NCBI GenBank assembly: GCA_964016885.1 | Contig: OZ024741.1 | Location: 2,418,001 to 2,482,000 of the forward strand | Source of the DNA: Eledone cirrhosa | Lineage: Eukaryota | DNA: 64,000 nucleotides | Direction: 5' to 3' | Translations under genes and position numbers: made by a program | Shown: positions 12,270-27,516 of the stretch, piece after piece | How the letters are laid out: each line of letters begins with the position of its first letter | Numbering within the stretch: position 1 is the first letter of the stretch | Notes under the pieces: generated by a model | Seen by the model: the letters and a program-made list of their open reading frames with translations, nothing else | Databases searched by the model: none | Told to the model about the DNA's origin: nothing

Positions 12270-14152
12270 AAGGCATTCTATAGGGTCGACCATCGATACT
12301 TGGAATCGGTTCTCAAGGCGGCCGGTTTCGGTCCCGTGTTCAGAGGATGAATCGAGGCGATGCACACCAGCATCTGCTCGAGGGTCAAGGTGAACGGATA
12401 CCTATCGGAGCCGTTCGCAATCACGCGTTCCATTCGACAGGGATGCCCTCTCTCCTCCATTCTGTATGTATTGACTCTAGAGCCACTACTGCGGAAATTG
12501 GAGCTGTTGCAGGGCATCCCCCTAGAACCGGGACTGCGCAAAGCGGCGTCGGCTTATGCCCACGACGTAACGGTAATGGTGTCGAGCACCTCAGAAATCG
12601 GGGTGATCGGGAACTTACTGAAAGAATACGAAACGTTGACGGGAGCAAAACTAAACCCAGACAAGTCTGTCGGTTTGCAACTCGGTACGTGGAGAGGCAA
12701 ACCGATGACATCCGACAGCGTCGTTGGACGATGGACGGACGGACCGGTGAAATTGCTCGGGGTCTGGTTCGGTCAAGACCTCCAGGTGGAGAAAAACTGG
12801 AACGAGGTCACGGCCAAGGTGTTTGCACTCACTCAGAAGTGGGCAGAGTGCAAACTGTCCTTGAAAGGTCGAGCGGAGGTGGCGAACACTTTCATAGCGT
12901 CCGTCATCTACTACCGCTTGATTGTCGTGCCTTGTCCCCGTGAACACCTCGCCAAGATGGAACGCATGCTCTTCCAGTTTCTGTGGAAGAAGCAGGCTCC
13001 GCTGGTGAGGAGATCCGTCTGCTGTCAGCACCCTTCCAACGGAGGGCTGGGAATGCCGTGGCTGATGATGCGCAAACATGCGCTGAGGCTGCGGCATCTC
13101 CATGTATTCCTCACCGACCGCCAACCGGTGTGGGCACCGTTTGTGAGACAGGCTTTCCCACAGCTCGTCTCGCTAACGGAGCTGCAGTCCTGGGTGAAGA
13201 AAAGACTGAAAACGATGGGCGCCTGGCACATTGAATGCGCTCAGGCGCTCACAGTCCTCCACAGACTCCACTTCGACATTCTATAGAGGGATTGTACGTT
13301 ACAAGGGCGACGACGTGCTCGGAGAGACTCTGGGCGTCGAAGACGATGAGCTCACCAGTCTGTTTGGTAGGACTTTCCGCCCGGGACCTATGTACAACTT
13401 CCAGAGGTCCCTGACCTGGCAGTGCTACCGAGGAACTCTACCGGTTCGTGACAAGATCTACAGGCACGGACGCCTCGGCAGGGATCCTTCCAAGAGGACG
13501 TGTCCAAGATGTGCGCAGGACATTGAAACAGTTCTGCACGCAATTGTACACTGCCCGGGCGTAACCGACCTGTGGAACTATGCAGAACAACTGCTGTCGC
13601 GTATGGGACAAATCCAGTTAACTGCCGAGTCCATAGTAAGGATCAAACCGCCAGCCTCTTTCAAAAAGGAAAGAGAGGCGGTTTTCCTCTGTACGGTGGC
13701 TATGGTGACAGAAGTTATATGGTGGACGAGGTTGAGAGGACTGAGGACAGATGCCTTTCTCTCCGGACACTAATTGATTCCCTTCTTTAAGTATCACTTT
13801 AGAAGGAGAATCAGGGTGGAAAGAGAGGCACTGCACCCCAGTAAATTTACTGAAAGGTGGGTGAATGAAGCGAAAATGGCCCGAATGATTGGGCCTTCTC
13901 TGTTTATAAGCCTGTAGGTTGAGGAAGAGAGCAAAAGGAAGAAAGGAGCACTTGCACAACACGCTCCTGGAGTTGAGGGTTGCTCTATCGACGGGGTATT
14001 AAACAACCCATTTGTGACGCCTCCCCCCTGTTGGGGATTTCGATTGTTGTAATTGTTTGTTTTTATATTTTTTACACGACTGTATGTAAAATCCCCGGCA
14101 TGTCTTTGTATTGTCCCCTTTTTTTGTTGCGCCCTTGTAGCTAATAAAGAAA
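12270..14152 (+). mobile_element. 5'-truncated Tx1 LINE, disrupted ORF2 (RT and CCHC domain)
   Basis: ORFs 12360-13286 (IRQGCPLS; YAHD in place of YADD) and 13231-13773 (CPRC..H..C); flanked by (TCTA/CCTA)n. Confidence 0.92.
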
Positions 14153-14169
14153 TCTATCTACCTATCTAC

Positions 14170-14468
14170 AAAAGGTGGGTGAATGTGGCAAAGATGGCCC
14201 GAGTGGTTGGGCCTTCTCTCTATATAAGCCTGTAAGTTGAAGAAAAAGAGGAAGAGAGGAAGGGAGTACTCACTCTTGGTGCTCCTGGAGATGAGGGTTG
14301 TACATTTTTTCGGAGTGTGTACAACCCCTGTGTAACACCTCCCCCCTATTGGGGATTTCAATTGTTATTTGTTATTGTATTAATAGTTTTATTTTCATAT
14401 ACCTGTATGTAAACTCCCCATTTGTATTTGTCCCCTTCTTTTGTGCCCTTGTGGCTAATAAAGAAATT
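14170..14468 (+). mobile_element. Second Tx1 3' end inserted directly behind the previous copy
   Basis: Repeats the RWV..AKMAR end and the 3' UTR; near-identical to 30080-30372 (-). Confidence 0.9.
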
Positions 14469-15261
14469 TATCTATCTATCTACCTGTCTATCTAGTTACC
14501 TATCTATCTGTCTGTCTACCTATCTATCTACCTGTCTGTCTACTTTTCTCTTCCCCCTCTCTCTCCCTTCTCCCACTCTCTCTTGCTTTACCACTACTAA
14601 TATTGCTTATTTATCTTTGTCTTTTTTTATTTATCTATTTGTTTTTTTTCTCTTTGTGTGTGTGTGTGTGTGTGTCGGTGTATGTGTATGTGTGTGTGTG
14701 CTTTGTGTGTGTGTGTCTGCTGTAGCCCGTAACTTAGCAACACGACAAAATGTGATCGATAAAATAAGTAGAAAACTTCAAAATAGTAAGTAACGGAATG
14801 TTCGACAACAAGATCTTGCTAGAAATAGTAGCAACATCTTCCTCAAATAACACATCTCTTTTTACTGCAATGAAGATTTTGGATAATGGACTCCTAGATA
14901 CACTATACCTGAAAACAACAACAACAACAAAACCGGAGTTTTTTCACGGCTTAAATACATTTGTTGCCATTTTAAGTGAACCAGGATGATCTGACGCTGA
15001 ACAACATTGAAATAGAAAACAAGCAAAAAATAAAGTTATATATGCACCAACAGGAACCAACAGAGATTAAATGGCTTCCATATTTATTACCGAAACGGTT
15101 ACCTATGTTTATACAATTTCTCTGAAAATTGGAACGGTGTGTCAAAATATAATGTTGTAAGGTTGTAGAAGGATTGCTCTAGCATGGCCACATTAAATAG
15201 TTTGAAAAATTCTTGTTACATTCAGTTAGAAAGTAAGTTTTTCAGTTATATATATGTATAT

Positions 15262-15309
<48 letters not shown>

Positions 15310-15812
15310 TATACATATTCATACCGAAATAAACACACATACACATAATATAATATAAATACATACATAATATAAATACATACATAAACATACCTACATA
15401 CATACACATAATATACATACATATACATATATATGAATTCAACAATAAATTATACCGTGACAGATTCAATATGAAAATAAAACATACATATAAATACATA
15501 AGTACTTATAACAAAACATAGTGACTTAACTTTACAAAGGAGATAATCGTGACAAGAAAACACTCAAATACAATATAAATAAATAAACAAATAAATGTCT
15601 TTTAAACCCGGACACAAACATTTTTTTAAAATTTCACTGAAAAACAAATTAGTTTGTATTTTGACTTTACACTCAAGATGAGAGATGGAGGGTTATTAAT
15701 CGTTTTGTTAATTGCATATATAAATATAGATATAACCTATTATTTTTATTTAAAGACATTTTTTCCAATTCCATCCCGCCCGTCCCCTCAATCTATTTTA
15801 TTTCTCATTCTT

Positions 15813-15848
15813 TCTTCTAATGAAGGACTAGCGTCCGAAACGTTGAGA
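15813..15848 (+). ncRNA. Degenerate minimal hammerhead (family E)
   Basis: tctt-CTAATGA-aggac-tagc-gtcc-GAAAC-GTT-gaga; homologous to 27517-27550. Confidence 0.65.
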
Positions 15849-15917
15849 CCCAAGCGTTAACCTAATATATACCTTCCATATACTGTACCGATTGTGTTGT
15901 TATTTCTGTTTACCTGT

Positions 15918-15948
<31 letters not shown>

Positions 15949-15953
<5 letters not shown>

Positions 15954-16148
15954 AAAATAGTCAGGACCCCGACGGTAGAGCTCAAGCCGTTTCGACGGCT
16001 ATTTCTGAGTCCAGAAATAGCCGCTGAAACGGCTTGAGCTCTGCCGTCGGGGTCCTGACTATTTTCCTATTACCCACTCTACTACCCAAAGTATCGAGTA
16101 CTCTGGTGTGTTGTGGTCCATCTGGTTACTTACCACACCCTCTTGGTT
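15949..16148 (+). mobile_element. Near-perfect ~120 bp fold-back (15949-16070) plus unique tail; half-hammerhead unit (family D)
   Basis: Arms are reverse complements around an AGTC loop; contains GAAAC-ggc..gcc-GTC; tail homologous to 52121-52198. Confidence 0.8.
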
Positions 16149-16504
16149 ATATATATATGTCCGTATGTGGTCGGGTGAGAGAAAAGAGTACTCACTACCG
16201 AAGTAGAGTTTTAATATTCATAATTATATATATGTATATGACACAGGCTATTACATTAATTGGACGTAAATTTAACGTTTAAAGGAGATCACTTTTTATT
16301 TAGTCTTCTCTTTCTACCATTTATAGGTATTATTCATGTTATAGGAATAGAATTCTTAGACTTGCCATCTATCAAGCTAACTAGCCAAACTCCAACTTAC
16401 AACACATATATAGAAATATAGGTGAACGCAGATTAACCAGTGGTGATGTGAGTGAAAAATGGAAATAAAATTAGATTGGAGAGGAAATGAATTCGTTATA
16501 AAAA

Positions 16505-17631
16505 TCTCTATATATAAAACTGAGGATGTCTGTCTGTGTGTGTGTGAGTTTGAATCCCTAAAACTCGAGAAATACCCAACCGACCTTTTTCAAACTTTAC
16601 ATGTGTATTACTTATGTTTCAGAGAGTGTTATGCACATAAATTCAACTTTTTCATCCCCTAGGTGAAAAACTGCGTTTTTTTTCAGGTTTTTAGATTTTT
16701 TTTTAACGAAGTCTATGTTACACTGTCTTCTGTAATCAGTAACGTAATCCATGATACATTTAAAAAAAGACGATATCTAATATATATTTGTGAAATGGGT
16801 GGTGGTTGAAATTCAGATGTGCACGGTTAAATGGTAGTAGACGTGGTCGGACGGACATGAAAATTTACACACCTATGTAAAAAGTGCCAAGGAAGCAAAT
16901 AGACGATGTTTCAAATCTCTAACTTGAAAAATGTGGTCCCTAGGGCCCCCAAACGGTCTATTTACTATCGCTTCCGGTGAGTTATTTCCCCCCTGTTCTA
17001 ATACTTGGATGAGTTATTTTCCGTAGTCGCTTTCAATATTCATTTTTACAATTTCATACAAATTTTTAAACTCATCAACTTTTTCATAACATTTCAAACA
17101 CAACGTTCTTTCGCTGTTTTTGAAAAATATTATTGAAAGTTTATTATAAAGAAGCAGTTTCAGGAAAGAAAATAGAAATATGCACTTGGGCTAAACGGCG
17201 TACAATGAGAAGTGGAGCGACGTGAAAAGCGTTGTTTATTAACAGCGAAATAGCAATGTCGATGTTTGAAAATGCAGATTATGAAGGTTTGTTTGATAGT
17301 TTACACTTTGATTGCCCTGGTCAGCAAGAGGGGCCTCTATATATTAGACGTTAACGATCATACAGTACCGTTTTATGAAATCGATTCTGCAGTAGAATTT
17401 TACGAAATGCCAAACCGAAAAAGGTCACTGTTTTCTAACAAAAGAAATAAAACCCTTACATTGCGAACCCCCTGTTCTAATACTGGGGTTAGTTATTTCC
17501 CCCTCTTCTAATAAACGTCTAATATATAGAGGCCCCTGAAACTGCTTCTTTATAATAAACTTTCAATAATATTTTTCAAATTATTAACTTAATAAAAAGT
17601 GACCCCGGGTGCAACCGGGCTCAGCTGCTAG
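16505..17631 (+). mobile_element. Non-autonomous Helitron
   Basis: 5' TCTCTATATATAAAA, subterminal hairpin CCCGG-gtgcaa-CCGGG, 3' CTAG, inserted between A and T. Confidence 0.8.
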
Positions 17632-18047
17632 TTATATATAAACTGCATTAGGAGAAAATTAGCGACGGAAATATATGTTATAATATAACGGCCGCTAACC
17701 GGAAGTGTTGACATTTGAAAATTTTAAAGAAGTGAATTTTAAAGGTCTTTAAATAAGCTATAACATATATTTAATCAACAGCCACGAAATTTAGCACATA
17801 AATTATTTAATATTCATTCATTATTTATTGAAAGTAATCCAACTTATTTTACAAACGGGGTAAAATTACATATTCTGGATGCAGTCCCGCACTCCTTACT
17901 TTATTATAGTTAAGATATTATTCATAAGAATGTGCATGTTTCTATCTGTCTGTATGTATGTATGAATTTATTTATTTATGCATGCGTGTATATATCTATC
18001 TATGTATGTATGTTTAAATATATTGCACATATGTTGCCCTTCTTAAA

Positions 18048-18112
18048 TATCCAGCCGAGGTCAAATTTAACTTTCATCCTTCCGGGGTCAATAAAATAAA
18101 TTACCAGTCAAG
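18048..18112 (+). mobile_element. SINE fragment (central domain)
   Basis: GCCGAGGTCAAATTTAACTTTCATCCTTCCGGGGTCAATAAAA, shared with the 55 kb copies. Confidence 0.75.
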
Positions 18113-18148
18113 TATGGAAGCGGTTTCCAGAATTGTGTCTAAATTAAA

Positions 18149-18265
<117 letters not shown>

Positions 18266-18568
18266 CTATTGCTGGCACATTAATTTATGACTGACCCCCG
18301 AAATTCTTTAAATAAACTTAAGGATTAAGGATTTACATGCTTTGAAGGGAGACCACTCTTTCAGGAAAGATTGGCTAACAAGATTATGAAGAACATTGCA
18401 ATAGGAACAATGATAACTATAAATAAATCACAATATATACTTATAGACTCATTATATAGGATTCTATACAGTTATATACTTATATATACTTATATCAAGT
18501 ATATACACCTATATACTATATTCAGTAAAACTTATATACAATTATATACATATATATACTTATAGCCA

Positions 18569-18632
<64 letters not shown>

Positions 18633-18905
18633 CTATATATTATACTCAGTAAAACTTATATACAGTTATATATTTCAATATTTCATAGCTGATAATGTTG
18701 ATAGTGTTGATAATGTTAATAATGTTGATATTGTTGATATTGTTGATATTGTGGATGCCTATGAAAGAGGAATATAAATCGGGAGATTTTTAGCGGCTTC
18801 GGTTTAAGAACAAGTAAAAGATAATGTCGCAATAAAACAAGTAAAATAAAATATAAACATAGTAGTCTAAAAGCAACAACAAAAACAATGACACTATTAT
18901 TATTG

Positions 18906-18923
18906 CTACTACTACTACTACTA

Positions 18924-18997
<74 letters not shown>

Positions 18998-19001
18998 ACT
19001 G

Positions 19002-19038
<37 letters not shown>

Positions 19039-19077
19039 CACTACTACTACTACTACCACCACTACTACTACTACTAC
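18906..19077. repeat. (CTA)n/(CTG)n microsatellite
   Basis: Direct reading. Confidence 0.95.
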
Positions 19078-19147
19078 AACTAATGATAGTAACGAAAAAT
19101 AAAAAGAACATATATTACATTAAATACGCACAAACAATCAAGGATAT

Positions 19148-19508
19148 ATATATAAGGAACAAAGAATCAGTGTTGTATTATATACATATTTATTACATAT
19201 TACATATGTTTCACTGTCGATCAGCTCGAAGAACGATCGAATAATGATCGAACCATACTCTGGAAACTCCTCAGAAATGAGCCTACATGTTAAAACATAT
19301 CTGAGGAGCTTCCGATTCCAGAGTCAGGTTCGATCATTAATAGATCTTTCATTGAGCTGATCGACAGTGAAACATATGTAATATGTAGTTAAATATGTAT
19401 ATAATACAACACTGATTCTTTGTCCCTTATATATATTAATACTATTGATACTCTGCTCCCCAAGAGCATCGAGTACTCACCCGGCATACTGCCAACGGTC
19501 GCAATTCA
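19148..19508. mobile_element. Fold-back PLE pLTR-like unit with hammerheads at 19295-19386 (+) and ~19195-19279 (-)
   Basis: Inverted arms 19148-19279 and 19296-19434; acatat-CTGAGGA-(~60 nt)-GAAAC-atat-GTA-atatgt; tail hairpin 19449-19475. Confidence 0.75.
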
Positions 19509-19614
19509 CACACACACAGACACACACATATATATATATGTATACCTATATACTAAAATAATCTACCTACTTCAGTAATTGAACAACATAAAGCTACGAA
19601 ATTAATCACTTGAA

Positions 19615-20334
<720 letters not shown>

Positions 20335-20335
<1 letters not shown>

Positions 20336-20699
20336 CGATATATTAACAGATGGAAACTATATTTATAAAACCATATTTATTTCATTATACATATTTCAAG
20401 GACACCAAGTCAAATTATGGTGCGCCTTCATCAGATAAAATATAATATAGATCAGTTTTATAAATAAATATTGACATACATTTATAAAACTGATCTATAT
20501 TATATTTTTTCTGATGATAGCGCACCATAATTTGACTTGGTGTCCTTCAAATATGTATAATTGAATAAATATGGTTTTATAAATATAGTTTCCATTTGTT
20601 AATATATCGTATTTTTACTCCAATAGTTTGTTGAGCGCTTTATATCAGTTATAAAAAATATTTGCTTGTTGTATCCCAACAATTTAAATATAACTTCTA

Positions 20700-20700
<1 letters not shown>
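20335..20700. mobile_element. Fold-back PLE pLTR unit (family C); intact hammerhead 20380-20440 (-); plus-arm copy has GAAA>CAAA
   Basis: Arms 20335-20465 and 20480-20610 are inverted; CTGATGA-aggcgcacca/tggtgtcctt-GAAAT-atgt-ATA. Confidence 0.85.
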
Positions 20701-21274
<574 letters not shown>

Positions 21275-21519
21275 CATTTGAACATTTAATCTACTATAAA
21301 AACTGCGACAAAATCTGTTAAAGGTGAAATGATCTTTTTTCTATTTGTACAATGAGGTAGTCGACGGCTTTGTTGAACCAGGCCAGCTAAATGCACACCC
21401 ATATTAAATATTTCAGCAATATAGACACAATTTCATTTCATATTAAAAAAATGATTCTTTTTTAAACCTTAACACTATAATATATATATATATATCCATA
21501 TATACATTCACACACGCAC

Positions 21520-21855
21520 CTCTTCTTCGTCTTCTTCTTCGCCCAATAATTTGTAAGAAGGTCAATGGGGTAAAATCGTGAGACATATTCCAAACAGTCC
21601 TATCTTAAGCAACTGTCTCCAAATGACCCAGCTGTATACTTCAGTGTGATCAACATAGCTCATAGATGTTATCCAAAAATCTTGCTCGGGGTCTACCCCT
21701 GGCATGAATACCCATTTGAAGATAGTGATTTTGGATTTTACACATACTTCTACTCTTCTGCCGATTGAGTTCTACATCTGGCGCATGACTGCAACAGCTT
21801 CAGAAATTCTTCCATTTACTTCCGCTGCAGTGCATTCTCTATGTCATTGGAGTTA
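21520..21855 (-). mobile_element. Decayed RTE-like LINE 3' remnant with (GAA)n tail
   Basis: Manual minus-strand translation gives [22 protein letters not shown] and RGRPRARFLDNI. Confidence 0.55.
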
Positions 21856-21873
21856 CACACACACACACTCGTG

Positions 21874-21968
<95 letters not shown>

Positions 21969-22544
21969 GTATATTTCTGAAGAGATCGCACGAGTAAGAA
22001 AGGATAGAGCTGTATTGTACAGAATAAGCATTAGAGTAGAGAGTAGTTATCAATGTAACTGATGAAATGCAGTGGATGTGCCGAACGATGTTGAAAAAAG
22101 AGCGAACATATGATAAAATATGAATAAGTGAGTTAATGTAATGAAGGAGAATTAGAGAGGTAACGTGATAGAATAAATACATAAGTGGGAGATTGACAAA
22201 ATGAGAAAAAATAATCAGCACTCCACCAACAACGGTGATTAGCAGTCAAGTAATAAGAGGAAATTAAAACATGGCCTGAAGCAGAAAAAATATGTATCAA
22301 TTCATCCAGATAGAAATAAAGCCGCCATTCGTACAGGCACCACGCTAGTTACTACATAATTAATACTAATTATATGTATTTTCTTTTTTTTTTTCATTCG
22401 CAAAATTGGTTTGAGACTGTATAAAAAAGTGATAAAGTTGATTGATTTAAGGAATACATGACTGGCACGGATGGACACGTGTGAGATGAGAGCTGACCAC
22501 TCGGCTTTAGTGACATTTGAAGACATATGTGGGCTTGGACCGAT

Positions 22545-22908
22545 TTATGTATGTATGCATGCATGTATGTATGATTGCATGTGTGATTGCATATGTGTAT
22601 GTTTGCATGTGTGCATGTATATATGTATGTGTGTATGTATATGTGCATGCATATATGTATGTATAAATGTGTGTATGTATGCATGTAGGCATGTATTTGT
22701 GCATGCATATATGTATGTATAAATGTGTGCATGTATGTATGTATAAATGTGTGCATGTATGTATATATGTGTGCATGTATGTATGTGTAAATGTGTGCAT
22801 GTATGTATGTATAAATGTGTGCATGTATGTATGTATATATGTGTGCATGTATGTTATGTATAAACGTGTGCATGTATGTATGTATGCAGGCATGTATGTG
22901 TATGCCTG
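22545..22908. repeat. (ATGT/ATGC)-based minisatellite
   Basis: Repeated atgtgtgcatgtatgtatgtataa. Confidence 0.9.
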
Positions 22909-24511
22909 TGTTACCTATAATAATTACAATTTTTTGAAAGTTTGTAAAATTTGCTAAACAGATAATTGCTGTATTACTAAATTATAATAAAACTAAATAT
23001 AGAGAACTACTTATTTGGCTAAATAAACCGATATCTTAAAGTGTGATACAGGTGAAAAGTTAACCAAGATATGCAGAGTATGGGGCCACGTGAAAAAGTA
23101 ACCAAGATATTCAGAGTAAGGGAACACATCGAAGGGAAATTAAAGATAAAACTTTGTTCTACTAAAATTGTGTCCGTAATTATAAATACTTTAGAGGTGA
23201 ACATATACACAAATATATTCCTAAACATTTATATTACACACACAATATGTACATAACACACACAACTGTGTATAAATACACGTCGAAATATATAAACATA
23301 AATACATACACACCTCGATACATATATACATTCACGTCTAAATACAGGAATCACAAATGTATTACACAATATCCCATCTACAACTGATATACACACACAA
23401 ACAGACATAAATATGTCTACTTATGATAATATAGTGAGATATCTAATTAAATATACCTTAACATGTTTTACTATATTTCACTTTCTGCACAACGAAAACG
23501 TTTTATTTTAGAGCATCCAAACGACCCACTAAAAATAGTTAAACGGCCATGTCAGAATATAACGGTTTATGTTTGTTTCTCACCCTAGAAATCGTTAATG
23601 AATGAACAGTATTTTGGCCCCTTAGAATTGGACGAATTTCTGTGACTCATATAACGTCGAATGGAGTGTTGCAAGTTTTGTTTTGTTGCCGATACTCAGA
23701 GCTAATCCCCCAACTATGGGACCTCCTCGTCCTATGTTCACTTGAACAGCAAGGGAAGTAGACCTACAACCAACTTTGTTTACCCAGTCCTCCCATCCCC
23801 GAGAGTGGATTCTTACATCGCAGCATTGCAGAGTATAATTTACAGCTACATACATATTTCTAAAATATATTTAAAATTATATTCACCAATAACAATACTA
23901 AATATACTACTAGATATTAAATATTTACCAATAAAACCATTGGATTCCGACTCAGTATAGTCGAAATCCAATGATAGAGTCCAGAAAATGTATAAAGTAT
24001 AAGTACGAACATTAATATTATTTTACTAATTATATTAAGATACTTATACAGCATATCACCTAATAATAATATGTTAACTACATTAAAATATCTCTATATG
24101 AACCATTTATAAATAATACTATTAATATATTTCAATATTTACTAACATTTATTTCTAACCCCATCTTCCTTTGAATGGTTGACCAACCGTTTCAATGTCC
24201 AGTCGTAATGTAATTCATTTGTGTTCATTTATGTCAACCGACTTTGTTATTCAAGTCATAAGAAGCTTACATCAGCCATCCATGCTTTGACTTTGATTTA
24301 TTTTGATTAAACTTTAGAAAAGTATTCTCTAAATCAAAAACGATATGTCTAATGTTGTAATGGAACTCTTGTTTTAAAATATTTCCTCTACATATAAACT
24401 GTTTAATACTTACTTGGTCTGCTGGCTTTGAATTTGTTCGTTGTGTTCAATATGTGTTTTTAAATACGTTCATAGAAATTCTTTCTTCTCTCTATGTTAC
24501 AGTAATTTCTA

Positions 24512-24640
24512 ATGTAGGCACAAGGCAAGGGATGTGAGGGAAGGGAAAAGTCGATTGTATCGACCCCAGTATTTTACTGGTACTTATTTTATCGACCCCG
24601 ACGGGATGAAGGGCAAAGTTGACCTCGGCAGGATTTGTGA
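24512..24640 (-). mobile_element. SINE fragment
   Basis: Reverse complement of the GCCGAGGTCAACTTTGCCCTTCATCC..GGGGTCGATAAAATAAGTACCAGT domain. Confidence 0.8.
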
Positions 24641-25413
24641 CGCAGAAACGACCGAATCACTAAACTTCTCTCTATGTTACAATAAAGCTAAACATTTATC
24701 TAACGTTCAAGCAAATAGGAGGAGTGGGGAAGACATAAACACACTCAGATAAAAAAGGAAAGGGTGGGTTGTTTTACAAATCAGACCTTCTCCACCCTCC
24801 TCCGTTCTTCATTAATAACCAAAGTACGTAAGTACATTGAAGAAGTTCGAAACGAGATTTGAAACGACATTTGCATTTTTTTTTTGTCTTTCTTTTTTAG
24901 CTGAGAAACCTACCCCTACAATGGTCAGGATGAACCGAGGAGAAGAGTAGGAGAATATATTTAGATACTCATCTCAAATAGCAGCCATTCTAATCTAGAC
25001 AAACCACTACATTATATTTGACATTGAATGAATAGATTAAACATATACTGAGAATTATATACACTACATATTATAGATAGAAATCTGCATAAAGAATTCC
25101 AAAAGTCTATGTTTCACTGGAATCTTCACCGTTTCCTTTTTCACCAAAATCATGATGACCATCTCGTCGAATTTAAATGTTTTTCTTTTTTTCTTCTTTT
25201 TCATCGAACGGAAGAAATTACGTTAGCTTTCATTGCACATATTTATTCTAAACATTTGTGGCAGTATTTTGATTTTCAGTTATGAAACAAGAGTAAACAA
25301 ACATCTTTTTCCTTCTTCATAAAAATCTACGTTTATACTTCCTTACATACTCTCCAACCTAACAACTGCAACTTAACAAAGAATGTGTTTAATGTTTACT
25401 GGAAGTAGGAACA

Positions 25414-25476
<63 letters not shown>

Positions 25477-25957
25477 GTATATATATAAATCTTTTTTTTT
25501 TGCTTCAATCATAAACAGACGAGAGAGAAAAAAATGAAGAAAAATCGTGTTTTTGAAGGATTAACAAAGAAATCCTTGTTAGAGTTGTCTGCTGTCTGTT
25601 ACGGATGTGTGAGGCGAATCTTTTGATTTGTTGAAATATATTCGTAGATTTCAGAGAGGATCTGCTTCATGTTGTGCAACCATGATGTTTCTTGGACAGT
25701 GCCGATCAGGAGAGAATTCAGATTTTGTCCCCAACTGTCTATAGCTTTGAATGGTAGTCTTTCCTGAAATTGGTCTGCTGATATGACGAGAAAATCTGTT
25801 TAGACTGTTCCGGATTCGGCAGCTCCTGTCGTTTTGAAGAACCAGTTTGGGGACCCCTAGAGTTACAAAAAAAATTCAGTAATTCAGTTTCGACTACTTC
25901 ACACCTATTTCATATTGTTTTAGAACGTATATTACTTAGAAGTTTATGGTTTTTGTA

Positions 25958-26019
<62 letters not shown>

Positions 26020-26229
26020 GATTTTAGGGAGAGAAAGACAAAGAGAGAAGACAGTGTTGAAAAGATCCAAAAGTTCTAGTACCTATTTTGTTCCAATTAA
26101 ATTAAGAACAAGTTAAAACGACAGTAAAAGGACGAAGAACAGATAAAACTATCGGAATTCAGAGTATGAGAATATACATATATATACATATATACATATA
26201 TACATATATACATATATACATATACATAC

Positions 26230-27330
26230 AAACATATACATACATATATATTTGTAGAACGGAGGACATATCTGAGAGAGCTACAACAAACAGCAATGGC
26301 CGCAAAACAGCTACACGTGGGACGCCAATCAAAATAATGTTTCCTTTAAAAGATCAACATTGGATACAACTACCTGACTTCTACCACTTAGAAAGCTAGG
26401 CTGCTTCTTCCTTAAATCTCCAATTATTCCGATATCACACAGTTTGTGATATATCATTCCATGATCAATGTTTCTGAAAACTTTCACAATTTCCAGATAT
26501 ACCACATTCTCCTTTGAATGGCTGAACACTAGCTTCAATGCCCAGTCGTAATGATGGAAAAGTTGTATGAACCAGCTTCCTACCGCATAGAAGCTGTTTT
26601 GATCGTCAATTAGCAGGGAATTTTCTTATAAGAACGCCATCAATTTTTCTCTGATAATTCGTTCCATGATTCAACTGATATTTGAACTTAGAAACAGAGG
26701 CTTGTAGTTTTTAGCATCTACCCCACCCTTTACAAACAGGGTATATTATCTAATTTTTTAAACTCTTGAGAGTGTTTGCTACTTGCAAGGGAACCTTAGA
26801 AAAGAATCTGAAGGGATTTTGCTAAAGCCTCTTTTACGTTTTCAAAATATTTAACAGGAAGCCGCCAGAGAGTGTTGCTGTGCTTGGTCAACAGTTGATA
26901 TGAACAGTTTCCGCCTTAATTTCAATACAATCGATAGTTTATGCTTCTGTATGAGGGTAAACCAATAGATGGGTTCATTCATTTGCATGTGTCCCGAGGG
27001 AGCGTTCAAAAAACTTTTCAATTGCACATTCAGTATTTCACTTATCGTTTTAGGAATCCACAGACTTTGGAAAAGTGTCCCTACTTTGTTCAACACGGAA
27101 GCTTTGTGAATTTACAGAAGGTTTTGAGGATTCTTTTTCTGTTTTCTACAGTCGTGGTTTTCTTTCTGTTATCTCATTTTCACGAGAGCCTTTGATCTTG
27201 TGTTCAGTTTCTTTGAATGTCCTCTATGTGCGGCAGTTTTTGTCGTCGTATAACTGATTTCAGATCTTCTTTCTTCGTCTAATATTTTTACGTATGTTGG
27301 CCTTTCTTTCTGGGATAAACTTCATGCGTA
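26230..27330 (-). pseudogene. Highly decayed CR1/L2-group reverse transcriptase fragment
   Basis: Minus strand AKNYKPLFLSS..IMERIIREKL..QLFHHYD and VVYLEIVKVFRNIDHGMIYHKL..RSQVV resemble the NYRPISLTS and YLDFAKAFDKVDH motifs; many stops. Confidence 0.7.
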
Positions 27331-27516
27331 TGGTTTAGTTTATTGACATAAATTGCTTATGATTTACATCATAGTTGTGTATAAACCTTCGAACCAGTTT
27401 TGTTTAAGCGTTTGTCCTTAATCAAGTTCCAGTAAGCACACATACATACATCTCATTTTTCCTGTTCCTTCCTCTTATCACTCTTTACTTCCTATTTATC
27501 TTCCATTTCTAACTAT

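Noticed and set aside
23622-23855. Possible exon in unique sequence
   Set aside because: Short ORFs on both strands with no recognisable homology
25570-25865. Possible old LINE C-terminal relic (TSWLHNMKQIL on the minus strand)
   Set aside because: Too degenerate to assign
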